Assembly: GCA_013265495.1 (NCBI GenBank)
Contig: MU058718.1
Span: 806,001 to 870,000, forward strand
Source: Vicugna vicugna
Lineage: Eukaryota
DNA: 64,000 nucleotides
Direction of reading: 5' to 3'
The position numbers and the translations under genes were made by a program. Positions 40,643 through 53,295 of this stretch are shown here, in pieces (within the stretch, counting starts at the first letter, position 1; each line of letters opens with the position of its first letter). A model generated the notes under the pieces. It ran no database searches and had not been told where the DNA came from. It saw only the letters and a program-made list of their open reading frames with translations.

Positions 40643-42379
40643 TAAACTTGTGGCTTTAAAAAAATTATGAAATGTTCCTGATAAACAAAGTATATAAAGA
40701 TCTTAAAAGTGTACAATTTAAAGATTAACCACAAAAGAGTGTAAAATTCAAAGATTAATAAATGATAAAGCAGATACCCATGCACTCATTACTCAGCCTG
40801 ACTGCCAAGTGTAGAGACACTGAGGACGGTGCTCTGGGCTATGGGAAGAGCAGCTCCATGCACCAGGACTTGCTATGTCTAGTTTGCTCTTATGTTTTTT
40901 TCCATGTTTTCCAAACCAGTGGAGTTACTAGACTCCCAACATCAGATTCTGTGATGTTTCAGGGTCTAATGAGCCTAGCCTAGGATGACGTGATCCATAG
41001 ATAGGGTAGCAGCCAAGCAGTGAACATACTGAATTTTGACAGTTACTGAGTTTGAATCAATTCCCATTCTTGTTTAGGAAGAGAAGCAGGCTCCTGTGGG
41101 GAAAGTGACTTCTTTACTTCTGCTTAGACATGATTTTGATCTACTCATGCTTGTGCTACTTGTGGTTTCAACTTATTCTGGGATTCTGCTTACTCCTGGG
41201 TTCCGTGGACTGCTTTCTTGCTAGAGTCTCTCCACTTGTGGCCATACCCTCTGTTACTGGGTGTCCTTGCATATCTCACAGTTGAAACTCCCAGAGAGAC
41301 AGAGTCTATGTGGTCTTCTTGAGGATGTTGTCCTGGTTGGGTGGAGCAGTGCCCACACAGCTGCCTCCTCAGTGCTGAGCTCCTTTACTTATGATAGACT
41401 TCCCTAAACCCAGGCAACCTGGACCTGACTCTGTTCCTTGCAACCCCAAGGGCCTGAGTAACCACTCACAGATCAAATGGGTAGAATATCCAGCAAAGAA
41501 AATTTGAAAGCAGTATGTCCTGCAGAGTGAATGAAACACAGCGGGCGTTCTGTTTACAGCCTCAGGAGATCACATGTGCAAAGCCATCCTAAAGAAGATC
41601 AAGTACTCCCTGGTGCTGAAATATGGTTAAATAAGTTCTTAAAATAACAATCAGTGTTTTTCTCTTGTATTTCCTTCTCCCCATACACTGTGAAGGTGGC
41701 TAGCTGTTCAGATGTCCATTCCTCGAGGATTTTTGCAGACAGGACAGAAAGAAGAAGTCGTTTGAAGTCAGCTGCTCTCTTGCTTTATGCGAAAGCCCTG
41801 TCTGCGCTGAAGAGACTGCTGGGTGTCCTTACGGGGAGGGGGTTGAGGGAAGGTTTTTGGGGTCCAGGAGAGGAAGAAGAGAGAATAGCTAGTCTCCTCA
41901 ACTGGAAAAGGAACAGAGGTCTGTGGGTCTTGCACAGTTGTGGGCACCTAGAGTCTAGGCACTGCACTGCCCAACCAGGACAGCAACCCCTAAGGACCAC
42001 ACAGACCCTGTCCCTCAGGGAGTTTGAATGTGAGGTATACAAGGACACCCAGCAGCAGAAGGCAAGGCCACAAGTGGAGAGACACTGGAGAGAAAGCAGT
42101 CCACAGAACCCAGGAGTAGAGACACATGCCCTGCTCTGTGGGCCCTGGAGGTGGTGACATAACAGAAAGGGTGACCTCAGGAGCCTGCAGGGACCAGAGT
42201 TTCCAGCCTTGGCAATGATTCTAATATCTGCCAGTTCTGCTGCTGTGACCACGTGCATTTCCAGGACTCTAGTGTGACACTGGGAAGAGGGACCTCAGTA
42301 ATACCTGGTACAGAATCTTTCACTAAGTCAGTGGAAGTGGAACTGGAGTTGGAATTCAGTGATTAAAAATGATCAAGAA

Positions 42380-43230
42380 CATAGATCCTTCTCTGTGACC
42401 TAACAATTCTACTCCTAAGTAATATATGTTCACAAAAAGACTCATGCAAGAATGTATATAGTATATTTATCTATAACAGCCCCAGACTGGAAATAATGAT
42501 GTACTTCAATAGGAGAATGGATAAACAAATTGTGATGTCTTCATACAATGGAATATTACAGAGCAATAAAAAGGAATGACTACTAATACACCAACAACAT
42601 GGATGAATCTCAGAAACAGGCTGAAAGAATCCAGGCATAAGAAAACATAGTGTATAATTTTAATTGAGAAGGTACACTAGAAAAGACGAATCTGTAAAGA
42701 CAGAAAACAGATTAGCGGTGGCCTTGGGCTGGGCGTTGGGCAGGGCACAGAAGAGCTTTTGTGGGGTCTTGTAAATGTTGAACATACTGATTATGGGTGC
42801 TTACCTGAGTGCATCATTTTTGTCTAAATTCATTGATTGTGCACTTAAAATGGGTCTATTTTATGTTATGTAAATCCTACTTTAATAAACTTGTTTTTAA
42901 AATGAACTACTGTGGAAGAATCTCAAAGAAAATCCTCAAATATTATGTGAGCCAAAACAGCCAGACACAAAGAGAACATATCATAGAATTCCATTTGATG
43001 AAGGTCAAGAACAGGTAAAGCTAACCTATGGTACTAGAAAGCAGAACAGTTGTTGCCTATGGCGGGGCAGTGGGGGTGGGGGGAGGCGGAAATGACGGAA
43101 CTTTGTAGGGGGAAGGCAGTGCTTATCTTGTTTGGGGGTGGTCATTATGCAGGTGTATGCATGTATTGAAACTCCTTATACACTTAAAATCTGTATTTTT
43201 CACCATCTTTAAATTTTTACCTTCATGTGA
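42380..43230 (+). mobile_element. Old L1 (L1ME/MC-like) 3' end fragments
   Basis: aacaattctactccta…gaatggataaacaaattgtg…catacaatggaatatta…acatggatgaatctca; a second 3'UTR-like unit follows from ~42900. Confidence 0.65.
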
Positions 43231-44908
43231 TTTTATGAGAAAAAAAGGCAAACACAAAAAGAACAGTAACAATAAAGAGACGTATTTTGCGCATATGAGA
43301 TAGTTGAGTCATTTTTGTACAGCGGTTCCTCTCATAATGGTTGTGTAACAGGCACTCCTAGGGCAAAGGGCAAGGTGGATGACACAGCCACCTGATAGGA
43401 GGAGTTGCATCTTGCTGGACAGCCAGTGCTCTCTAGCTGCACGCAGCCTGAACCTGGTGATTTAGAAATGGATGTGGTAAACAGAAAATGACATGAACAG
43501 CTGTCATCTCTGCCCCATGCAGAGCAGCCAGGAATCAGACATCATTCTGGAGAGGCAGGAGCTACCTTTCCCCAAAACCTTGGGCTGGCGAAGGGCTCCT
43601 CCTTGAAGCACATGGCATGAAAGCCATGAATCCTTGAATGCGCTTTGAGCTCTGCCAACAAGAAAGAAGTGGGGGTGTCTTTGGAGGCAACCAATGCCTC
43701 CTGCTATACCCCCCATTTTTCCTGGCCATGGCTATTCTTTCCAAGGCTTACGTCTCAGTCACCTGTCCAGATGTGACCCACGAACACCAGGTAAAATTGC
43801 TTTCCTCGCACATATGCATACCTCCTCTGGAAGATTGGGAACTGCTGGCCTACAACTTTCTGTGCTCAGGGTTCTTGTCTCACTACTCAAGGCCAGGGCC
43901 CAGGTCCCCCCAGAGCATCATGGGTTCCACATGGTATACATATCCCGGATGATACATCACCCTCTTGTTCCACACCTGTGGGAGACCTTGAGTTGGTTGA
44001 GGGCAAATTCACAATAGTGCTGCGGCTTTCCCTTTATGTTAGTATCATGTCTGTGAGGGTTCTGTTCACGCTTTCCCCATGGAGGGGGTGCATAGTTTAC
44101 AAGCCTCCTGGGCCAAGGAAAGAGGATCATCCCATTGGTGTGAACTGCATGTGGTGCTGGGCGGAGTGGCGAGCATCACTCCCACTTGGATGATAGATGT
44201 GTGAAGATGGCCTGCTGTCGAATGGCAGTTCTCAGTAGACACCAGCGGAAGGGAACAGTGAGCTCAGCTGCCAAACTGCTCCCTGGAGTCTGGAAAGGCG
44301 GTGCATGTTCCTGGGTGAGCTTGCAGCTTGCTTGAGCTCACATTCTCCTATCTGTTCTGCACCTCCTCTCCCCTCTTCGTCAGCACTGGCTTTCTTTATT
44401 TAGTCTAGGGGCTGGAGAGTTCTCTCTGGTGTGTCTGAACTTTTCAGGTCCAATTCTTAGACGACATGCTTTGCATGTGTGGGTTTTGATTTCCAGTTCT
44501 CTAGCTGCCTGGGCTGACGACATGGGCAGTGAGTGGAGAGGAGGCAAACTGATGCAAAAACAAGTTGAACAAAGGCAATTTGAGCAAGCAAAGGAGAGAG
44601 GCGGGGAGAGAGTGAGCGACCGAGCCTGAGATTGGTATTTCTTTGCAATATCATCCAGCCCCATCCATATATACAAGTAGAAGCAGGAACTCAATTCACT
44701 GTGTACTATAAAATTACTCCCATGGGCTAAAAGGGTTAATGCAACTTCTAAAGAATACTGCTCATAAGGGTCCTCCAAAATGTCAAGTAAACTCATTACT
44801 TTCCTCACCAACTGCCTTGTCTGTGGTTGGTTGATCTAATTAGCCATTTGCCCTCATTAAAATGGGTGTGTTTTCTAACCGATTACAGTTGTGTAATATT
44901 GTCTGAAG

Positions 44909-45111
44909 CAATGCTGTCCAATAGAACTTTCTTCAATGATGGAAATAGTCTTTATCTATGTTGCCCAGTGTGGTAGCCAGCGGACACATGGGGCTATAGA
45001 GCACTTGAAATATGGCTAGTGTTGCTGAGGAACTGAATTTTTAGTTTTATTTAATTTTAATCAATTTAAATAGCCACAAGTGACTAATGGCTCCTGTATC
45101 AGACAATGCAG
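44909..45111 (-). mobile_element. MER3 (hAT-Charlie) MITE
   Basis: caatgctgtccaatagaactttc…agcacttgaaatatggctagt…aaatagccac…; degenerate TSD gtctgaag/gtctaaaa. Confidence 0.8.
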
Positions 45112-45704
45112 GTCTAAAATTTACCTGTTTGCACTGATAAGATGTGAAGGGGGCTTCCTACTGCCCCAGCTTCTGAGCAAATCAGTCAGAATTCTATCCA
45201 ACACAGAATAAATCTTTGTTTTGATACGTAAAATGCTACCCTTGAATGAAGTAGAAATCTGCCTTCCTTAGATTATGAGTCCTCCTGGATGAATACTGGC
45301 CAATGCTGCATTTTGCCATGCTTCTATGGCCTGTAGTACTGAATACGTCTTTTTGATGTCTTCCTTTCTCTCACCACTGCATCCAATCAATCAAGTCCTG
45401 CTGAACTTATCTCTTAAGTATTATCAAATATATTCATTCTTTTCCCTCCCAGCTTCCACAGCTTTAGTCTGAGCCACAGCAACTTTTGCCTAGATCATTG
45501 CTGTGGGCTCCTTGCTTCCAATCTCACACTTCTCTAATCAGGGTCATCATGTATAGTTGGGCAGTTTGTATACTGCAACAGGTGGCTGATCAAGGGGCTG
45601 AAGTATAGCCTGCATTCTTGTGCCTCGGTGTGGAACTCTGTTTATCTGGAGAGAGTACCTTTGTAATTTGCACAAAGGCATCACATAATCCTGATGGTAT
45701 AGAC

Positions 45705-45912
45705 CTGTGTTATCCAAGACAGTAGCCATTAGCCACATGTGGCTCTTTAAATTTTAATTAATTAAAACGAGTAAAATTTAAAGTTCAATTCTGCAGTCAT
45801 TCTAGCTGCACTGCAAGTGCTCACTAGCCACATGTGGCTATTGGCTACCAGATTGAACAGTGCAGATAAAGAACATTTCCACCACTGTAGAAAGTTCTGT
45901 TGGACAGCACTG
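45705..45912 (+). mobile_element. MER3 (hAT-Charlie) MITE, opposite orientation to the 44909 copy
   Basis: gtagccattagccacatgtggct…gaaagttctgttggacagcactg. Confidence 0.8.
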
Positions 45913-46279
45913 GGTAGACTCTGCTTCTAAACCATTCTCTATACAATTTGCTGGTGTGAGCGATCTTTAATGCAAAGCTAAACATGTCCCTCTTCTGCTT
46001 AAAAGCCTTCAGTGAATTCCATTTCCATCAGCAGCGATCAGTTAGCCAGTAGTGAACCAATTTTGTGGGTCACAACCAACATTAAAAACAAAACAGCAAA
46101 AAAGGATAGAAGGGCAAGTACTCATAGATCTTTAGTATTGTTTTGTGAAATTTTTGTTATATCCACATTTTTCTCTATATCTAAATGTCCATTTCTCTGT
46201 AATTCAATGTGTATATAACGTTCTGCTGTTTTGCAATGAAAAAGTCTTATTGTATGTGGTGAGCGAAACAGTGAAAAAC

Positions 46280-46805
46280 ATGGGCCTACGTCTGAGCTCC
46301 TTAAGCAGGCATAAGACCCTCTATGATCCGAACCCTTGCTAACCCCTTTCCAACTCTCAGCACTGTCTTGTGCTATACTCCTCTAATTCAAACTGCTTAG
46401 GTGGTTTCACCTAAGACACTGAGTTATTTTCCTTTCTCTCATCTCTGGGCCTTTGCTCATGTTGGACCCTCTCCTTAAACGGGTGATCCTACCGTCTCTG
46501 CCTGGACAACTTGTACTCATCATGTAAGCCTCAGCTTAAGAAACATCTCCTCCAGGAATCCTTCCCTGAACGCTCAAGGGCTGGCTGAGTGCCCTTCCCT
46601 GACCTTTCATAACAGGCCGCAGACTTCCGTTAACAGGGTTATAATACTGTAATGATTTATTTACGCATTCGTTTCCGGAACTATACTAACTTCTTTCAGT
46701 GAAAGTATTATTTTACTCTTCTTTGTATCTCAGAGGAGAAGTACAGCGCCTGCAACATACTAGGCACTCATTCAATAAATATTTGTTCAAAGAATAAACG
46801 AACGA
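46280..46805 (+). mobile_element. L2 3' end abutting the CNIH1 promoter
   Basis: ctgggcctttgctcatg…ctcctccaggaatccttccctga…taggcactcattcaataaatatttgttcaaagaataaacgaa. Confidence 0.6.
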
Positions 46806-46814
46806 AGAAAGCAA

Positions 46815-47700
46815 AATAAACCAATCCGCTATGCAGACAATGCCAGTGCATGGCGGACTCCGGCCATGGGAGGGCGCCGGTGCGCCGGAGCTGGTGCGCA
46901 GGCGCGCTGGAGGGAGGGCGCCGGGGAGGTAGGAGCGGAGGCATCGGTCTCGGCTGTGGCCGCGGGAAGTGAATGATTTTACCCAGAGGGCCCTGCGCTG
47001 CCTTTCTCCGCTGGCACCGGGGCTCCTCCGCGCTCCTCCTCCCCGGCCATGGCGTTCACGTTCGCGGCCTTCTGCTACATGCTGGCGCTGCTGCTCACTG
47101 CTGCGCTCATCTTCTTCGCCATTTGGCACGTGAGTAGCCGGAGCCCGGGGAAGGAGGGCGAGGTGGCGACGCAGCCTGTTCTCGCCCTGGGCCTGCGGTC
47201 GGGGCGGCGACGGCCTCCGGGAGGTCCGCACGCCCGAGGATGGCGCCGGGCCGGGGCGGTGCCGAGTGGCGAGGGGTTTACGCACCCTCCGTCCGCTGGC
47301 CTGGGGCTGCACGTCCAGGAGGAGCCGAGGTGTGCGGTGGCCTGATGGGTGCGCTGCCGTGTCCCGGCGTAGGCCGCGCGCGCCGCTACTTCTCCCCCGC
47401 CGGGTGGGGCGGCCGCTGTCCTGACGGGCCCTGCGGAACGCCGATTCGCTGGCCGGCACCGCATCCCCTCATCCCCTCACCCCTCAGGAGGATGGCAAGG
47501 CGCAGAGGGGCGTGCTACGGGGATGAAGCTTGCCGAATTATCATTTAATACAGTTTGCCTTTGTTTTCGGGTGTCCACAGGAGGATGGCCATAATGAGAT
47601 AATTACAAAAAATACTTTAGATGAATTCCTAACTCTACTTTTCAACACTTGTTGGGTGCTGTTTAAGCAGAATTCCGCCCCCCGCCTCCGCCCCCGGATT
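46815..47700 (+). promoter_or_regulatory. CNIH1: CNIH1 CpG-island promoter
   Basis: CpG-dense; CCAAT at 46821-46825, NRF1-like TGCGCAGGCGC at 46895-46905, ETS-type GGAAGTG at 46965-46971. Confidence 0.8.
47049..47129 (+). CDS. CNIH1: Protein cornichon homolog 1, coding exon 1
   Basis: Strong Kozak gcc[31 protein letters not shown] |gtgagt; 81 nt. Confidence 0.96.
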
Positions 47701-50700
47701 CTTGTTTCCTGGTGAACTTTGATGCAGGTTAAATTGATTGTTGACCACATCTCCAAACTTTTCTCATAAATCATACTCTGACCATCAGTTTCTTTAGAGA
47801 CAGTCTTCCTAGCCACCTCTATATTTAGGGCAGCTTTATTTATTAGAGGTAGCTTTAATTTGGTTTTGAAAATGCTCAGAAACCTTAGGCTTCACTAGGG
47901 CTTTTTTTTTTTTCCCTCCTTTTACTCACATCATGTTTCAGGACAGAAGCACATCTTTATTGTTCCCTGTAAGGAACAAATAAGTTCCCTGTGAAATAGT
48001 TCTACAAGAGATTTTTAAGGATTCCTGTTTCTCTGACACAATAGACTTTTGGAAATCAGTTTTCATTAAAAATTTATCTTATATTTGCTCTGCCCTCCCA
48101 TATTCTGGTACTTTCTGGAATATTGGTCTTAATTTGAATGTTTGGGCATGTTCACTCATGTAAATTTTAAGTCACTTTTCATCATACCCATAACAAGGAT
48201 TTGTTAAGGAATATAAAGGGGAAGAGTGATTATATGGCAGCAGTGTCTCAAATCCATTCCCTTTTGCTAAAGAATGTGATTACGTTCATGATTATTTTAA
48301 ACCAAACTGCTTATGTAGTGGGGAATGCTTCTGTAGGCTGTTAAGTAACTGCTCCCTCAGAATGCTTGTCAGTAGGAACCTATTACTTGAAAATCATTTT
48401 AGGCTCTTTGATAGACTAAAGACAATAAATAAAGATAGGTTCAAGCACAGTTCCTCCATTAAACAACAAAAGAAGATAATTTGGGATACAAACTAGCTCC
48501 GCCTTAGTAAGCCTCTGATGAAACTGAAATGTGTAGTTTTCTGCCATCTGTGGATGAGGATTTCAGTCATTTCCTGCTTGATGGGCACTCTTTGTTTTCT
48601 GAGATGAGGATTCTTAGAAAGCTGTGGATGGCTTACATTTTGAACTTGGTTGTGTTTGGTTTAAGGAAAACCTGAATGGAACTTTAAAAAAAAAATTGGG
48701 TAATTTAGTTTCAGCTTTGAAATGAATATGTGTCTGGGTGAAGTAGATAAATTTAAGCCCTATTATAGAATTAAAAATTTGTTTGTACTCCACAGATTAG
48801 TGGCGAGCTTTTGTCCTTAGGGATTGCTTAGTAGTTTAGAGGATTATGCGTCCTTTGGGAACAAATCGAAAATTCTAAATAAAGATACAGTTTTAATTTT
48901 TCTATTAACTATGTAACCATCAGTTTATTTTCTTAGGTAGTTTAGGTGTCTGTGAGAAGACTCATTTGGAAATTTCAAGTATAAATTTAAAAAATCCTGT
49001 TTACATTAAAACGCTGTATGGAGGATTTTTTTGTGCTGATGGTTACATCAGTCAGTTTAGTCCTAATTCATGTGATTGTTGCTCTGTGGAGAAGAGAGAT
49101 GGGAGAATAGATTTGTTTGAAAACTAAAAATGCAGAAGTCATTCCCTAAAGAAGTGCATCAAATTTAAAGGTATCCTGAATTGTATAGTTTGCTACCTTT
49201 AGGGATTTATCTGTTTTATTGTTTTTGCATTTCTTTGGAAAAGTTTGTGAACATCTTTGTCCAGACACACAGTCAAAAAAGATTTGAAAACTACCAGTGT
49301 AAGAATCTTTTCAGAAGAGTTTTGGAAACTCTAGCTTATAGCACTCAAACAGAAACCCATATAGCAGCATGCTATTCAAAGGTCATTTGAAATCACATGA
49401 AGAAAACGTCCCGTCAAAAAAAAGTTTTAAAGCATAGGTTTTGTACTCTGCTGTTAAATTGGACCTTGTTATAGGCATTAGTTGTATTTGTAATCACAGT
49501 CCTTGCCTTAAACTTTATTACTAAAATGCATTGGGAATATGTCACAGCTGATGTCAGGTAGTTGACCAGTAATGTCCGTAAGTAATCAGAAATTAGTATC
49601 TTCCAATCATACATTTATACTGTTTATATGTGTTAGGGGGCGTTAGCAAAGAAAAATGACTTTTGGTGAGTTCTGTAGTTTTTTTAAGCATAGGGCTGTT
49701 TTTTCTCTTTTTTTCTTTTTTCTCCCTTTTCATTTGGTAAATATTGATTGAACACTTAAGTATGTTCTAGGAACTATTTTAGGCCCTGGGACATAGCAGT
49801 GAACACAGCGAAAATCTTTTCTCTCATGGAACTTACTTTTTAATGTTTAATTATTTTCCTTCTATTTCTATTTTCCTTAGAATTTTTATTAGGTCAGACT
49901 GGTGAATTTGTAAAAGTCTAGAAATTAAAAAAACTCATCTTTCTATGAAGCTAAGAATTTTAACAGGGAAATAATCAGCATATTAAAAGCTAGAAATAGG
50001 ACTCCACTGATCACTGGTAATATTGAGTAGTCCTGTCTAGCATATAAAGATGCTAGTGCTGACCCACCAGAGGAAAGGTAGATTACGGTCTCTGTCCCCT
50101 GTGTGACTAGTGGCAGCAACTAAAATAGCTCCCCCATAAACTTGGTGCCTTTGGCTTCTTCTTTTGACACTTTACACCAGTAAGTGATGTGTCACCCTTA
50201 CTTGATTTTTAGTGCATTTTGACTTTGAAGTTCTGTTGTTAAAGCCACATTTTTTTCTCAAGAGTAGAACAGAAACATTCTTGCTTTCTTTTGTTTAATA
50301 AATGGTATGGTTTTATTTATTTATGTATTTATTTCTTTATTTATATTAAAGTGTAGTTGATTTACTCTTACCGTGTAAGTAGATGAGATCCTTCTCCCCT
50401 TACCACATTTGTAACTGTTTTACTCGTCATACCATGAGAAGCTGGCCTTAGTTGGGCTTACCCTTCTTCGGGCTTCAGTTTGGTGACCACATGAAAGAAC
50501 CTGCATGTGGTAGGAACATGCAGATCAACAGAGGAGGTCAAATTGGTCACCTTTGCTTTGGTCTTGAACAGGGCTGCTCTTGCCTATATGGTGCCTTTAG
50601 GTGAATTAGAGCAAGATGCCTCTTGAGGCAGAAGAATTAGGGAAGTCCTCCCTCCTGAACAGACATAGTGCCTGGGTGCAGAGCCCATGCAGGGTGCTGG

Positions 50701-51486
50701 GCAGCAGGACCGGGCTGGTTTTGAGCCACCACCTGGCCCTTTGTCCAAACTGCACTGCTGTGTGGGGCGGTCCTGGCCATGAAGTTTAGTCATTTCTTAG
50801 TATTCCTCTATTTTGAGGCCATTTCTTCCATTTCCAGATTGAAGCAGTATGTGTTTGGGCAGAAATGGGAACAAATTGAAGCATGTGAGTCCATTTCTCC
50901 TGTCCCACTGAACACTGTAACGAGGGAGGGACATGCACAGGTGATTAAAACACTTTCTCCTGAGGGGCACACAGTCTAGTGGGGGACACAAACCTGTACA
51001 TAAACCTTTTCTCCAGTGTGAGAAATACCATCCTGGTAGCATTATAAAGCCCTGTGCTATGTGGAAATTAGACAGGCGTGCAGTTACTTCTGCCCAAGGG
51101 AGTCAGGGAGACATACATGGAGGAGCTGACATAGGTCAAGTGTTCTTTAGGATAAAGAGGAGTTTCCATAAATAGTTGTGGGTGGGGAAAGATTTCAGGA
51201 AGAGAAAGTAACTTGAATGGAGGCATTGAAAAAGTTGAATACTGAAGATTTTTACCACCTTGATAGCAGTTCATTTTAGTGATAATATAAAAGTGTTTTC
51301 AGTTCTTTAAATGTGATTCTTGTTATTTATTATAACATACTTAGTTTACTGTAAATTGGTGCTTGTGATGTTGGTACACTTTTGCTTTTGTTCTGTTAAC
51401 TTTATTCAATTATTATTTGATGGAACAGGTTTGTTGCTGGCTTTTTATTAAAGAGAGAGATCCTAACTATTTTATTTTTATTTCAG

Positions 51487-51555
51487 ATTATAGCATTTGA
51501 TGAGCTGAAGACTGATTACAAGAATCCTATAGATCAGTGTAATACCCTGAATCCT
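51487..51555 (+). CDS. CNIH1: CNIH1 coding exon 2
   Basis: tttcag| IIAFDELKTDYKNPIDQCNTLNP |gtaagt; 69 nt. Confidence 0.96.
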
Positions 51556-53069
51556 GTAAGTTATAATATGTTTTTCTCTAGATTTTTAAACTGTTTTTGC
51601 TTTTAACTTGATATAATTTGAAAATGGCCAATATTCTCAGTATCATGATATATTTGTACTTTATAAAGTAGGCAGAATTTTAAAAAATATTCTTTTTCCT
51701 GTCCTGCTTGACTATTCTGACTATTATTAATCTGCTGGTGATCTTGTCAGCTGTCATACTAACATTCTTCCAATCTGCTTTTTACATTGTCGGCCAAAGA
51801 CAGTTGAAAAGGTCAAAAAGATTAAAAGAGTCAAAATTGCATTAAAGGTGTGTACTGCTTTTTAGTTTAAATGTTTTAATGCTACATTCATTTCATGGGG
51901 AGGGTTAGGGCATTTGTATTTGTAAAATGTTCTGTTCAGTGTGCTTGTTCATATGCCTGTTGAGGTTTATGATTTCATGAAATTTCATATTTTATGCAAA
52001 TGTTTGCTTGCTGGCCCAGTCAAGTAGGGAAAGCTGTTAAATGCTCATGCATTTAAAAAAATGTTATAGCCATAGGCACTTTGATATTAAATTATTTGGT
52101 GTAGCGTTTGAAAGTTGGTTAACATAAAATGACTTTAATAGTGAAATTATTTTTCTGTTGGGACTTTTCTGAAGTCGTCTGCAGGTGGAGTCCTTGGTAT
52201 CATACCTGCTTTTATCTTTTGGTTATGTCTGTTCTGGAATTCATTAATTTACTCTTACAGCTGATGTTTATTCAGAACCTTTTAGGTGAATAGCTGTGCG
52301 TATTGTTAGGCTCTGGAATCTTGCAGTAATGCTGACCTTTGACTCATGTCAGAATTTTGTGGATAACAATTTATATGTAAATCCTACATAGTGTTTCTAA
52401 AACAGATCTGTCCTACACTAAGTTCTGACCTCTGATGGGTTTAGTTAAGATGTGGCCCCATTGTGCTTAGGGGTTTTGTATATAATTTTGACTTCATTTA
52501 GTTTAGTCATTTAGGAAGATTCTCCTTTAGCCTGTAGGTTTAATTTTTGCCTAATTGGTCAGAAACTGAAAGGTTGTTTGTAAGAAAGCAGTAGGGATGT
52601 CTTTAAGAAATAGAATATAATAATTCACCTTTAAAAATTACGTAATGAAGATGAAAACATGTATAGACTTTAGTTACGAAAAGCTATATAATGCGCTAGC
52701 ATGCTAGAGGGACTTTATTTGGAAAGGGTCTATAAAATTAGTTTGCTACTTTATCATTGTTTCCTAGATAGATAGATAGATAACTAGGCATGATGGAATA
52801 GATTTCTAGTTTGTCTTTAAGAACTGCTACAGTGAGACTTGATGTAGGTACAATTAAAATTACTAACTTTTCTGTTTCTCTGCTCTTATGAAGCAAAATA
52901 TGAGATGAATCTGCTTTCTCATTGGAAAGTAATAATGTTCATTGTAAAACATACTTTTGAAATTGTTACTGAGAAATTAAGAAACTGACATTTCTCCTTT
53001 TGACAGCTGTTTATTAATAGTATTCTATCTTCTTTGGCTTTTCATTATTTCAAATGATGATGATAATAG

Positions 53070-53295
53070 CTGAAATCAGATGAGGGCTTTCCTGGGTACT
53101 AGACTCTGTGCTAAGCATCTTTACTTGGGTTGTTTTATTCAGTTCTCATGACACTCCTGAGAGGTGGGTATATTACACTCACGAATAGGAGAGTAAACCG
53201 AGGCCTAAAGAGGTTAAAGCACTTTTCCCAAGGTCATCCAGCTAAGGTAAAGCCAGAAATCGAACCCAGACAGCCTGATTTTTAAGCTCAAATTC
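53070..53295 (-). mobile_element. MIR SINE in CNIH1 intron 2
   Basis: ctctgtgctaagcatcttta…gtaaaccgaggcctaaagaggttaa…cccaaggtcatccagcta…cgaacccagacagcctga. Confidence 0.7.

Noticed and set aside
41654..42258. Overlapping 167-aa and 157-aa ORFs on opposite strands
   Set aside because: Non-ATG starts, LTR-like context and no homology recognised; consistent with chance.
46713..47459. 248-aa antisense ORF over CNIH1 exon 1
   Set aside because: Arg/Pro/Ala/Gly-rich translation typical of stop-poor CpG-island DNA; starts at a non-ATG codon and ends in an L2 remnant; no recognisable domain.
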